In this document: positions 1-13,151 of the stretch, in pieces
Position numbering within the stretch: position 1 is the stretch's first letter
Layout of the letters: each line of letters opens with the position of its first letter
Assembly: GCF_009914755.1 (NCBI RefSeq)
Contig: NC_060932.1
Reading direction: 5' to 3' (one strand)
DNA: 64,000 nt
Origin: the human T2T-CHM13v2.0 reference genome, Homo sapiens
Translations under genes and position numbers: made by a program
Notes under the pieces: generated by a model
Database searches by the model: none
What the model was told of the DNA's origin: nothing
The model's input: the letters and a program-made list of their open reading frames with translations, nothing else

Positions 1-69
1 ACCTCATGATCCACCCACCTCGGCCTCCCAAAGTGCTGGGATTACACGCGTGAGCTACTGTGCCTGACC
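1..69 (-). mobile_element. Alu (5' end; the rest lies outside the window)
   Basis: ctcccaaagtgctgggattaca...tgagc, the antisense left arm. Confidence 0.95.
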
Positions 70-1259
70 TATGATTTATTTTTCTAATGTAATATGTCAT
101 CATTGTATGAACCATTTTTCTAACTTTGACAATTTTTATTTTTCCCTTAATCTCATAAGCAGTTTTCATATAGGGTCATTATGCATTTTTTTTTAGAAAA
201 ATACGTCTCAGAATAACGTTGCTAAAAGAAAATAGATCCTAATATTGCTGTAGTTTAAACTACATATGCAAATTGCAGTCACTGAGACATTAAGACAATA
301 TTGAGAAGCAGACTTAAATCGCAAATTTTATTTATATTATGCCTGTTAAATAAAAAATTATGATTTTTACATTTTATTGTAATATTTTTTCTTTATTTCA
401 TTTTATAGAAATCAGCTTTTTCTCATGTAAAATGCACACATTAAAGTGATGTAACTTGATGTCATTTTTACATAGTCTAAAATATTACAGGATTTTTCAA
501 CTCCTCTATGAGTTTACTTGGTTAGATAAACTAAATTTCCTATAATAGAAAAATATTTGCTCATTAAGGAGTTATTATTTTCATAAACTACAAGCAAACA
601 AGGGACATTCATTTACAATTAGAAAAAAATTCCAACATCCTGAAAATGTATATGAAATATCATTGATACAAGTATTATACAAATCTATTAGTATGGTGTT
701 GTGAATTAACTAGCAATTATCTGCTAGTTTCCAGAGTTGTAAATTAACTCAAGTGTCTAATCTGAGTATAGATCATGGAGCTGGATATAAACTAAGAGAT
801 TTATAAGAGCCAGTTTCTACCTTTAGGAAGAAGTTTCCTCAGGGAAAGCAGTGACCCGCTTGGCTTTTTACTATGGAGATAGAGACTCTGTGGTCTCTGT
901 AGTGAACTGTTCCAAAATTTAATCACTTTTACAGTAGATGCTGCCTATTTTCCATCACGTTATTTCCTGCTACAGTGTAAAACTGAGCATACACCTTTGT
1001 ATTCATGAAGAGAGCTGTTACCTTATAACCTTTTCTGTTCCAAATAACCGTGATTCTTTTCCTATTTCTCATGTGGTCAACTCTTAATTTCATCATTGCA
1101 CAGTGATGAAAAGAAGTACAGAAATTCAAAAGGATAAATAATGCCAAAAGCCAAGTACATTTGACTTTGGCATGTATTAGAGGATTTTTTTAGAAGATTA
1201 TTCTAAATTCTCCTAGTTTCATTGCTGACAGAAAACATACCAGTTTTTATACCAATTCT

Positions 1260-2140
1260 TTGGTGTATATTGAGACTTTTTTATGGACTAAAACAATATC
1301 AATATTCTTAAATCATCTGTATTTGAAAAGAATGTGTATTTTCCAGTTTGGGGTACAGGGTTGTGTAATATATACAGATGTATATTACCAAGCATGTTAG
1401 TTATGTGTTTTAAATCTTCTCTGTCATTACTAATGTTTTTGTCTGCTTGATTTGTCAATTAGTATGTTAAATTACACATTACAATAGATTTGTTAACTTC
1501 TACTTACTGTTTTCTTAATTTTTGTTTTATGTATTTTGAATTGTTGTTACCTGTATAAGATTATAGATTATTTATATCATCTTAGTGAATTGAATCCTCT
1601 ATTATATGCTATCCCTAGATCTCTAGAAATGTTTTTTGCCGTAAAATCTCTTTTAGTTATCAGAATAAATATACTACCTACCTCTATTTTAATGTTTTGT
1701 ACTACTTACTGTTTTTTCCTGTAGTGATGATGAAGCTTTCCCTGATTTTTAAAATATATTTTAGTTCAGAAATTTTCTATAATTAAAACGTAAATATACA
1801 ATAAAATAAATAATGATAAAATTATAACCACCATAGTATAGATCAAGAAGTAAAATATTGCCATATACCACGAATCCCCTTCATGTGTGTCCCCACTCAT
1901 AATCCCTCAATGTCCTTCAAAAGATAAACACAATCATGACTTTTATGTAAATCACTTACTTGCTTTGTTCTGTGGTTTTACCACCTACTTATGCATCCTA
2001 AACAGTGTAGTTTACCCCTTTTTGTACTTTATGTAACTGGCATCATGTTATATGAATGTTTCTGTCTCGTTTCTTGGACCCAACGTCATGATTGCCAGTT
2101 TCATCTATGTTGTATGTAGTCCTAGTTAATTCACTTTTTT
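1260..2140 (-). mobile_element. Old L1 (L1M/L1ME-like) fragments
   Basis: Degenerate antisense L1 ORF2 and 3'-end-like sequence; boundaries approximate. Confidence 0.5.
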
Positions 2141-2149
2141 TGCTGTTAA

Positions 2150-2767
2150 CAGTGGCTTTCAAGCATTGTGGTCTGTGATCCCATTACATTGTCGAAAGTT
2201 ATTGAGGATCCAAAAGATATTTTGTTTACATATGTTATGTATTTACCATATTAGAAGTTAAAACTGAGAATTTAAAGATATTAGTCTGTTTTAAAACAAT
2301 AATTTAAAAACTCATATGTTAACATAAACATTTTAATGTAGGAAAAACAACTTCAAAAATATAGTGAGAAGAGTGATATTGTTTTACATATTTTGCAGAT
2401 CTCTTTAATGTCTAGCTTACTAGAAGACAGCTGGTTTCTCATAGCTGTTTTGCATTCGATCTGTTGCAATATGTTATTTTGGCAATAAATACTGTCAGTT
2501 GTTTACTTTCAAGTGACAGGCTCTCGCTTGGTTCATTTTAAAAAAAAAATGTCTACCAGGTACTGAAATCTGAATAACCATGGTTTGTCTATTAGTTGTT
2601 CTTTCAAGTAAAAGTGGTGGCTCATGAAAAAAGTGGCTAGTTCAGCTTGCAACACAAACCATCACACAGGTGTTCTTTCTTAAGACAACCATGGTACTTC
2701 AGCATGCAGCAGTAGTGCTGTATGCACGCTTCCTGTTTCATCACACCAAATATTAAAAAGATACTCA
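2150..2767. mobile_element. hAT-Charlie DNA transposon relic (Charlie1-like)
   Basis: Recognisable Charlie1-type segments (attgaggatccaaaaga..., agtgagaagagtg..., gaagacagctgg..., aagtgacaggctc...). Confidence 0.65.
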
Positions 2768-4847
2768 TTCTTCTATGCCTCTTAATTTCTCCTTAACAGT
2801 TTGCCGTATTTTTATCTTTTCATGCTGCATTGTGCATAATTCTTCATGTTTATCTTCCGGTTCATTAATTCTACTAGAGATATATAATCTGATACTAAAT
2901 TTCAGCGGTTAAATTTCTAAGAGTTTTATTTGACTATTATTTTAAGAGTAAAACAATTTTTGATAGTCTGTTTTTCCTGAATAATTCTTTCAAATCTAGC
3001 TTCATATTTTTCAAAGTTGTCAAAGTTACTTTGTATTCCATATCTAAGCATTTCATTATTGGAAGTCTGCACATCTGGTTCTGTTGTTTGTTTCTGCTGG
3101 CTCTCACTTAGGGTGGCTTATGTTCTTTTGTCTTTAGCAGTTTTGTGTTGTGGGCATACAATTGTTGGAAAGTCTCTGTTCAGATTCTTTAAGGACTAGA
3201 TTAAGGATATATTCTTCCTGGGAGGATTGTATTCAGTTTTCTTTTTCTTTTTTTCCTATGATATACCTAGGGTGCAGTGCCATGTAACTTTAAATAACAA
3301 GTCTCAGATTACAGTTTTTAGGGCCATGGTTGTCATAGTGACACGAATTATAAAGTTATAGTTTTAATATGTGTGTGTGTTTGTCTGTGTTTAAATATCA
3401 CTAATAGCAAAAACAGTTTACTATCTGTTCCTATGGGCTGTTACTTTATTTTTCCCCTAGTTTGTTTAATCTCTGAATAGAACCTTCTTAGACCCTTTAT
3501 TCAGACAGGGTATTTGGCTCTCTGAACATGGGCAACGTTAGGGAGCCATTATTCTGCTTAGCACAGTGATATATTAACCATCTCTAAATCAATCTTCTTT
3601 CCTCCTAACTGCCTTTTTCCCTCCTTTCCTCCTTCCCTCTTTATTTCCTTCTTTCCTTCCTCCCTTCCTTTTTTGTCTCCTTCCTTTCTTGCTGCCTTCC
3701 TCCCTTTCAGTCATATATGGCATGGAATGCCTTGAATGGGATCCTGCTTTGGCTCAGCCAAAAATGCCCTGGGCGCTTTTGACCAAAATTACAAAGTGTA
3801 AGAAAGTTCTATCAATAACAGACTCTGAACTTAAGCAAAAAATGTGTCACACTTACAGGGCACACTACATGCAGGACATCATTTTGGCTGTGCCTTTCAC
3901 TTGTGAAGTTCTGGGCTACCTAACTGTATATTCTTTTACCTCTTTTAATGAAGGTCTACACATTTTACATGACATCTGGTAAAGGGGCCAGTAGCTCAGA
4001 TAGCAAACAAAGATAACCGAGAAAACTTCAGGAAGTCTTTGCGTATTGGTCTACTATTTACATATCAAAGCATCATAGTTGTCTGTTTCACAGCCATCAA
4101 AGTGTCCAGTTACACCTGGGCATTTTTCTCTGTCAGCCTTTCCTTACTTAGCCTGTATGCATAGATATGTTCTGGTTTTATATTTGCTTTGCATTTCTTG
4201 CTATTAAAATCTAGTCTGACTTTCATTGCTACTTTAAGCTTATGTAAAATATCCTTACTGTATTATATTTTCGTGGTGATAAAACTTCCTACTAGTTTGC
4301 ATATTCTGAGAATGTGCTCTTAACTTCATCGTTCAAATTGTTTAAAACATTTAAAACTGTCTCCAGAACAGTTACATATATAGGAATCAGTGAGTGTGCC
4401 AGGCATATCACTGATTTATTAGCTGTTTTTTCCTGCAGCAGTAGTTGCTGTAAGGATGTTGTTTCTGCCCTCAGAAACTTTATAATTATTTAAAAGATGA
4501 TGTAAGATAAAACAAAAACAAATATATCCAGTTACAGCAATTCAGTAGTATATCCTAGCATTGTTTAATCCCTGAGGCTAAATGATGAACCAGAAAGCTT
4601 TCTGCAGCAGGACACTTGTAAAACTGTTACGTTCTAAATAAGATTTTTTAAACTTGAAAAGTTGTATATTATCCTAATAGATAAATACACATTTTCAAAA
4701 TATTTTCAAATATGGCAAAGCAAGAAGAAAATTTAAAATATCCTAACCCCAACATTTGGAAATAATTAATATATTTACTTCTTTTTCTTGTCCACAAAAT
4801 ACATGGTTGGTTAAACTAATTTTAGTTCTTAATACGTTCTAAATATA

Positions 4848-4849
<2 letters not shown>

Positions 4850-4891
<42 letters not shown>
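4850..4891. repeat. (GT)20 microsatellite
   Basis: Perfect dinucleotide run. Confidence 0.99.
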
Positions 4892-4892
<1 letters not shown>

Positions 4893-6347
4893 TTGTGGAC
4901 AGTGTTTGGAAGTAAGGATGAGGCATGGCTTCACAAAGTGAATCATTCCTGCTACTCTTCTAACAGTAGTGCACAGTAAGCCTTATTTTCTAGTTTGGTG
5001 GGTTTAACAATCCCTTTCTTTATCACATATTAACCTTCTGAGTTGAACTTTTAAAACGCATCCACATTCAAAATATGTGAATAATATTTTCAGATCAATC
5101 ATTTGATCTAGCTAGTATTTATTGAGGTTATTCCATATCTATATAAAATAAAATGAACTGTATTAGTTCTATATTTAGCTAGTCTTCCCTGTTTAGTTTA
5201 TAACTGCTTAGTTAAAGCTTATATCATTATAAAGGGAGTGATGCAGATTCTCTGTCAATTTGCTACATTTATAGTTATGGTAATATTTATGTCTGTGTTA
5301 TGTAAATGGTTCCTGCTAAATAATACTTTATTTACATTTTATTAAGATTTTATTAAAATATAGGCAGTGGGCAGTGTTTCTAGTTAGTAATAGTGAATTG
5401 AAACTTAGAGGACCTTTGAAATAATTCCTAGATGCATATAATTTTATTAGGAGCACTGGACTTTTAAAGATTAAGGCAAAATGAAAGAAAGAAAAGTTCT
5501 GTTTTCATCCAGCCACTCTTGAGTACACCATGCAGCATTTCATCTCACATTAACCAAAAGACCACCTGAGAACCTGTGAAATCTTCCCTGATAAATCCTG
5601 ACAGAAACTGGGTTTAATTATTTTTGTTTATGGGGATCCAAGTTAGGCTTGCAGTTTGACATCTTCCTAGAGTGATTAGACTACACTTTTTAATCTACAC
5701 TTCCTGATATCTCCTTCAGACTACCCTGTTCTCAGAATTTAGTATCCTGTCCTTGTAATAAATAATAAGTAGTACCGTAACCATTCACAATAGAAACACC
5801 TGCCAAATCTCAGGTAGTTTTGAGTGCTTTGACTTAAAACAGGTCTATTTCTTTTTGACAAGTTTGGGATGAATTTAAACTTTGTTTCTGTAAAGTATAG
5901 ATAAAGTTATTTTGAGTCTTTGATACACTAGCAAGATAAATGATAGCCAGCAATAATGTATCTTTTAATAGGTTGCTACAAAGTTACCAAAATTTTTCCC
6001 AAACAAATTTACTTCACACAAGGTGTGAATAGAATTTTTTTTCACCCTTTCTTAGAAGTTACACACGTTTCAGTAGAGGGGCAGAAGGAGAGATCGGAGA
6101 ATTTGATTCTTTTCGACAAAGCTACATTGTACTTAGAAATAGTGGTTATATACCATTACACCTTTGAAAGTATGTGAGTTACCAGCAGTGTAATACAATA
6201 CTGTGGTGCACAGCAGAAAACCAAACAAACAAAAAAAGGTAAGCTAATGTGTTTCCTTTTCAAGGTTGGTTAGATTTAAAGTGTATAAATTATCATTCTT
6301 TGTAACTATTCTTTAGATTTCAGTTGTGCTTCTTAAAACTTCTACAG

Positions 6348-6443
6348 GTACTTAAAACAGATGCTGAGGAACTTGTCTCCAGAAGCTATTGGGATACACT
6401 GAGACGTAACACAAGCCAAGCACTGTTTTCAGACCTCGCAGAG
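6348..6443 (+). CDS. MICU3: MICU3 internal coding exon (96 nt, phase 0-0), VLKTDAEELVSRSYWDTLRRNTSQALFSDLAE
   Basis: Acceptor tctacag| and donor GAG|gtataa. Open frame matches the human MICU3 protein as I recall it and joins in frame to the next exon. Confidence 0.93.
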
Positions 6444-9400
6444 GTATAATTAAACCTCAACAAGGTCCTTGTACTATTTGCCATCTTGTTAATCTAGTCG
6501 TCATTTCATTTTAGTCACAGTGATGAAACCCAACATGTATGTTACATTTTCCATTGTTTTAGTACAGCAAAAATTACTATATATAAACTGTGTATTTGAA
6601 TACATCAGCTTTGACAGTTGAACTTAATTAAAAGGAAATGGCATTTTTTTTAACTTAAGGATCACTTTCTAGAAATTAGAATATATATATTTTAAAGTTT
6701 CACTGAATCTTTTAAGCTTACAATTTACCATGTTACATGAAATGCTGAAATGTTTCCCCCAGTAAAAGATACCTGACTCTTCAGAGTTATGTTAGATTTA
6801 AACAAATTTCCTAGTATTGATAGTGAGTGGCTTACCAAGGGCCTGGGGTATGGGAGTTTGAGAAGGTATGGTAGGAACAGCCAGTCAAGGAAGGGAGGAA
6901 TATTTTACCTTGACATTAAGATTGCCAGTGCATAGTGAAAATAAAAAGCAGACCGACCTTATTTCAGTTCTATTACTGTTTATGAATTTGTTACAGATCT
7001 GCATCGTACTGCTGCATCGGAGTGGGCTGCTTCCATTATCCCATTCTTACGCCACTGTCAATAGAGATTTCTAGTTTCTCAAGATGGGCCATATCTTAGA
7101 AAAACTGTTTTGTGTTTCTTATTAAGAATTTTTCCTAAGAACTTTATTAGAGGCAGCTAGCGGTCTTACCAGAAAAGACTTTTCAATAAATACTGAGATT
7201 TGTTTTTCATTATCTCTTTCTCTTTACAGTGGGCTTCTCATTTCTTTTTCTAAACTTTAAATTTAACTTTTAGAAGTTACACCTGAAAATATCTGGAGAA
7301 GTAAACTGGAATCAGTTGTGACTTCTGTTATCCATATATACAATGTTACTCTATTGACATATCTAGACTAGGGCAAACACTTGAAAATGTTAATTTTGTC
7401 GCCCTTGCTCAGTTTTAAAGTCCCAAAGCAATTAAAGTATTTTGTCCTATGTTTAATATGTCTGTGATATATAAATGTGATGTAATTATGACCAACAATT
7501 ACCTTTTAAAATTACCTTTTCAATATGAGCCATGATTAGGTATGAAGTGGCAGATGTTCCCTTTACAGATATTTTAGAAGCACTTTATTTTGTAATCATT
7601 ATGTAGGCACATTGTAGTAGTCAGTGCTTAAAAATAAGAGCAACTGGGACTCTTAGAGTGCATACAAGTCAACTGTGTCCTAGTTTCCATGCTTCAAATC
7701 AACAGTCATATCATTGTTGTCTCTCCCCATACTAGAGTATCCACCTTCCAGCCTCCAACTATCTTCATCCCATTTAACTCTGGTAGACATTCTCAGTTAG
7801 ACAAAATCTGCTAATCAGATGTTGAATTTAATTTAAATCTTGGGAAGTTTAATATCAGAAAACCAGTCAGTTCCTGTGTACTCAGAGAATTATATGATTT
7901 CTGTAAGATCTTTGGAAAAGGTATATGGTTCTGTTGTAGATAGACTGGAGGAGCTGTGGGCTTTTACAGCTTCCCAGAGCTAATTAATTCTGCACACCTC
8001 TTCCCAACTCAACATTCTGTGACACCCCCTTTGTTACTTGAAAGTGGCCGTGATAGGAGTATGAATACCACAGAAACTGGCCAACATTACAAATCAGCCT
8101 TTTTTTTTTTTCCCGGACAACTCAGTTTGCCAGCACACTATTGGCTGTAATTAATCCACACTCTGATCCAAAGCTGCTAAATTAATGAATGAATTGAATC
8201 AAATTTCATGAAAGTAAATCTGATGGAGACAATCAAGAAAGGAAAAAGAGGAAAAGAAAAGAAAACTTATATCGTGTTCCAAAGTAAAATAATTACTTGG
8301 GGTTTATCTGTTACTACCCTCCCACATTAGAATAATAATTGAGAATTAACTACAGTTCAGTTACAACTAATTATATAAATCCTTATAGGTTACTGTGAAT
8401 ACCAGCGGAACACAGAATTGTTTATAGTATTAGTATTTCAGGATTCAAATTGGTTCAGAAAGAAGGCTTGGAAATCTATTTGTTATATGTATTTCTTTAT
8501 TATATATTTAATATGTAATTATTGAGATAAAATCTGTTTATTATAGGGAAATTGGGTTATTAGCCCCTCATATTCTAGTCTGGAGCTGTTTCTAACCATA
8601 GATTTTTAAAATTACAGTAAAACTCCGTGTCTCCAATTATTGTGAAACCATATAATGAAAATTTGAATATCAGAGCTAAGACTACTTTCTAACCAAAATC
8701 ATATATAATAAATTCTTAGTGCAGTATGATGAGTATATTGTGCAACTGTTGAATACAGTCTGTCAGTGTCAAAATTATAAACACTGTTTTGAGTTCTACA
8801 GATGAAATGTAAAATTTTGCTTTAAATTTGCTTTAAATTACATATTCTTGGTAAATTTCAATGGATTATTCAAAAACTTCATTAACAAAATCAAAAGTTT
8901 GAAGATTTCCTCTAGCCCTTCGATACCTCGTAGGGTTATTATCACATTATAATCAATAAAAATATGTTAAAAGAATATTTTTAAACCCTTTAATAGTTTG
9001 ATATATTTATATTTCATGCAAGTTTATTTTTGATGAAATCATTTTAAATAGTTTTTAATCAAAACAAAGTAAGATAATGTCCTTTGAATAAATGGCCCAT
9101 GGGGTTCTTTGGTGGCTTTTTCTCCCTTTGTTATGAAAACACCCGAGTTCATTTTATTTTAACAATGAGCACAAGAATCACAGGGATAAAGTCTCTATTT
9201 TTCTCTCAGTCCTTGGGTGATGTAAGTTACATAACACTGTTAAGATCCCAAGGACACTGGTATAGTTTTCAGTGGCTGAGCAGTACTCTGTTTCACTGAA
9301 TGGGGGAAAAGTTTTCCCCATTTTCATTTTCATTTCTCTGATGTCACTGTTACTTATGCCTCATTGGATCTGGATTATCTGGATAAGTGCAACCTACATC

Positions 9401-9784
9401 TCATAAGATTTTGATGCTGAAAGACTGTTAAGTGAAGATCTGCTCTGATCAGTGGGCAGGAGAAAAACTGGCCGAATGAGGTCATTATTTAAAACCTGTA
9501 TAAGACAAAGCCATCTTATTTTAGTATACTGTGTCTTGAAAAGGACATCCCACACTGTAAGAAAACATTCCTTAATTATGTTATCTGAATTCACTAACTT
9601 TTGGTGTTCCTGTAACCACTCATTTTAAGGCTTTTTTTCCAGATGTATATAATATGTAATTTCAACAGCAAAAAAGAAGTAAGAGTGTATGATGTAAAAA
9701 TCTTTTTTTCATTAAGATTCAACATTCTTTTCTGTGTCTAGTCCCTTTTCAGTGTCCTGAAATATATTTGACAAAAATACATAA

Positions 9785-10010
9785 TAACAGCTAACACTTA
9801 CTGAGCATTTACAGTACACTAGTCAGAGGGCTAAATGATTTAAATGTGTTATCCTTACCACAACCCTTTGGGATAGATACTATTATTATTCCTTAAGATA
9901 GTAATATCCTCGAGAGATTAACTTCTCTAAGGTCACTTAAATAATGAGAAGTGCCTGGATTCAAAGCCAGCAGTCTGACTTTTAAACTCATCTTATTTGC
10001 TCACCACAGT
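9785..10010. mobile_element. MIR SINE
   Basis: ataacagctaacacttactgagcattta...aaggtcac...ggattcaaagccagcagtctgact, resembling the MIR core. Confidence 0.6.
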
Positions 10011-10827
10011 ACTGGCTATTTGTGAAGCAAGCAACTTTTTCAAAAACAACATTTCCCCCTTCTGATCTACTCTTGTCTCCTTTCCTCCCACCCCATTCCT
10101 CTAGCTTCCAGACAGAGGCGCCTCTACTCTTATGCTCCACTCGAGCATGGAGTAACCTCTGAAATATTTCCTCCTACTACTAATTTAAGCGGATAATAAG
10201 TAAGATAATAAACTTATTAAGCTAGACTCTATTAAATCACACAAAGAGTGCCTATAATTAATACCAGATTTCTTTTTTCCCAAAAGTTATTTGCATCTTA
10301 TGACTACTAATAAGAACATTTGTTTGCTTATATTTTAACTTTATCCTCAAAATTGTTGTTATGGTTAGGATTATTCCCATTTTATAGATAAGAAAGCTGA
10401 AGGTAAAAAAAGTCAGTGACCCATGTCTTCTAATTTTAAATTTTGTTCTATTAGAGCAGGCTGCCTCTTCAACTTAAAGTTCTGGGGACAGTAATGCCTT
10501 TGAGAGCTACTCCAATTATACTAGTCTCCCCTCACTTATGGAGCCCCACAAGACTGGCACCACTAATATCCCTCAAGTTTCATAAGAAGCTTATTCAAGA
10601 AGATGCATTTAAAACATAGTATGTGACACTTGGCTACCTGGCTGTATTTTTTTTCCTCCCGGCAAACAGATCAAACTACTATCAAATCCTCAAAGAAGTT
10701 GGTTTTATTGTAGACAACTTCTCAGGTATTCCAGCTATGGAGAATTCTTGGGATTTCTCAACAAAGTAAACTGAGAAGTAGTAGTAGAGATCTACCAAAC
10801 AATGACAAGGAGGTTATATGCTGGAAA

Positions 10828-10937
10828 TGATTAGGAAAATCTAAACTATATTACTTAAATGTGAATAGAATATTTAGTCGATTACTAAAGAATGTCAACA
10901 ATTTTAGATAATTTAAAGTACAGATGACCCTACATGC
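10828..10937 (+). repeat. Diverged ~110 bp direct repeat, copy 1 (copy 2 at 11904-12010)
   Basis: Collinear alignment tgattaggaaaatc...aatagaatatttag...attttagataatttaaa, roughly 80% identical by eye. Confidence 0.85.
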
Positions 10938-12279
10938 TGGAGTTTTTAAGACATGTGAATAATTAGTCACTTTAGAAACAGATTTTAATGCATTAAAAGG
11001 GGACATGTGCAGGGGAAATCAGGTGTGGTCTTTGTTACTCCATTTTAATCATTAAAAGAGAAGAAGATGTGGTCCATGGAGAAAGGAAATAAAGATTTAA
11101 CAAATGTTATGAAGGACAAAATTGCCATCTTTATGAAAGATTAGGAAGAGGGCTATGAGGAATTAAAGGAATATGAAAATTTAGTATATGGGTGAATGAG
11201 ACTTTTGGTCAGCAACCACAGAAGACTGATCCTTTGTAGAGAAGTATTTGTTTTCTGTCTTATGTTTTCTATGGAGTACTATAAGAGTTCTGGACAAAAA
11301 GCTAAAAACGATGTGCCTATCTACAGCTATTTTTCTTGAATAAAAAATAGGATTATTTAAACTCTTTTTTCACATTTCCTAGGATGATGTGTAGGAGAGT
11401 TATAGTCCTTTGAATTTTATGCTTTTTGTACCTGAGTTTATGAAATGAGTTAATGGCCAACTGGAGAAGGAAGGAAGGAAGGAAGGAAGGGAAGGAGAGA
11501 AAAGGAAGATCTATAAAGCTATATTAAAGGAAGGTGGATGATTTTCATAGGCCATTATACTTTATAAGGACTATAACCAAGCAGTTTTAAGAAAATACTT
11601 AGAACTTAGTTTATTGAGTGGGAAAGCAAAAATCCTCTGGAATTAATTTTTTATCCATTTGACGTGTTATGTAAGACTTTGAAAAAATTATAGATCATAT
11701 AAATTTTCAAGGTCATATTATTACTTTAGTTTTTCTCTTTCCAAATACAGTATCCATTTAAAGTATCATAACTGTGGAATACAGTGGTTAAAGGAAGCTG
11801 TTTTGTGAAGCTTGGGACCTTTCTTTTGTCAGCTCCATTTATTCAGTATATCTGAAGAGGTTACCTCTTTGGAACATCATTTAAAAAAACAGATTTTTCA
11901 GATTGATTAGGAAAATCCAAACTAATTACTTGAATAAAAATAGAATATTTAGATGATTATTAAAGGATTTCAATTATTTTAGATAATTTAAAAGATAGAA
12001 TCCTATATGCATAATTTGTGATTAAACATTTCTTAAATCACATCTTCAAAAATTTTTGAGTACAATGATCAGTTCCATTCAAAGTTCTATTTTTAAAATG
12101 TGAGCTTTATTTTAACTATAATTGCATGTATTAATATGCCTGTGTTTTTCATTCTAATATTAATATATTTACATTCTTGATGTTTGTATGTTGATAACAG
12201 AATTCTTTGAGAAATATTGGGTATCCCTATTCTGTTTCTTTTATTGAAGCTAACTTTTAAATTGTGATTTTTTTTTAAG

Positions 12280-12380
12280 CGTGCTGATGACATCACAAGT
12301 TTAGTAACAGATACTACACTTCTTGTACACTTTTTTGGAAAGAAAGGAAAAGCTGAGCTCAACTTTGAAGATTTTTATAG
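12280..12380 (+). CDS. MICU3: MICU3 coding exon (101 nt), RADDITSLVTDTTLLVHFFGKKGKAELNFEDFY(R)
   Basis: T-rich tract with aag| acceptor and AG|gtgagc donor. The TTLLVHFFGKKG motif is typical of the MICU1/2/3 family. Confidence 0.96.
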
Positions 12381-12979
12381 GTGAGCTTATTTTTATATTT
12401 TTATTAAAAATTATTAGCCTACTGAAATCAGAAGGATCTTTAGAAATTGTCTAGTACAGCAATACTCACCTCTTTGTTACTTTAATTTTAAATAAGATCC
12501 TCTGTATAATAAATACCCACATTTATCAGTACCTACATACCAGTGGTTATATTGATAATTATAACAGGAAGTTACTGAATTTTTTTAAAAATTCCAGATA
12601 TCTGGATTGATTGTTATCTCTTGTATATTCAGAAGAAAGTATGTTGCCAATTCCTTGTCTCAATAAGCTGCAGTGATAGTAACAAGTAGTTTAAGTATCA
12701 TTGCTATTCTGCAAGGTACTTTTGTTATCCCCATGTTATAGATGAGGAAACTAAACCCCTGAAAGGCTAGGTTATTTGCCCTGGGTGCTACAGTCATTAA
12801 GTAGTAAAGCGATCGTGTGCTCTTTTCATTCTCATTTACAGGGAGGAACTTTATTAATCTTTGCATCATCATACAATTATTTCCATATAACCTTTTCTAG
12901 GACAGTGAGTATTTGCTCATCTCCTGTTACGATTACTCTTTCTTTATCTTTTTCCTTCTTTATTACATTTTTGTCATAG

Positions 12980-13151
12980 ATTCATGGATAATCTCCAAAC
13001 AGAAGTTCTAGAAATAGAATTCCTTTCCTACTCAAATGGAATGAATACCATCAGTGAAGAAGATTTTGCTCATATTCTTTTACGATATACAAATGTGGAA
13101 AATACATCAGTATTTTTAGAAAATGTGCGTTACAGTATACCTGAAGAAAAG
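12980..13151 (+). CDS. MICU3: MICU3 coding exon (172 nt), FMDNLQTEVLEIEF...VRYSIPEEK
   Basis: Acceptor ttgtcatag| and donor AAG|gtatct. Overlaps ORF 12984..13172; phase is consistent with both neighbours. Confidence 0.97.

Noticed and set aside
3595-3710. Polypyrimidine (CCTT-like) tract, also (GAAG)n at ~11466-11490 and the CT tract at ~48900-48980
   Set aside because: Ordinary low-complexity sequence with no evidence of function.
4628-4845. 13-bp direct repeat tacgttctaaata at 4628 and 4833 as a possible TSD
   Set aside because: The enclosed sequence is too degenerate to define an element; it may be chance in AT-rich DNA.
12093-12362. Antisense ORFs over MICU3 exons (also 21587-21796)
   Set aside because: Shadow frames of the true + strand exons.
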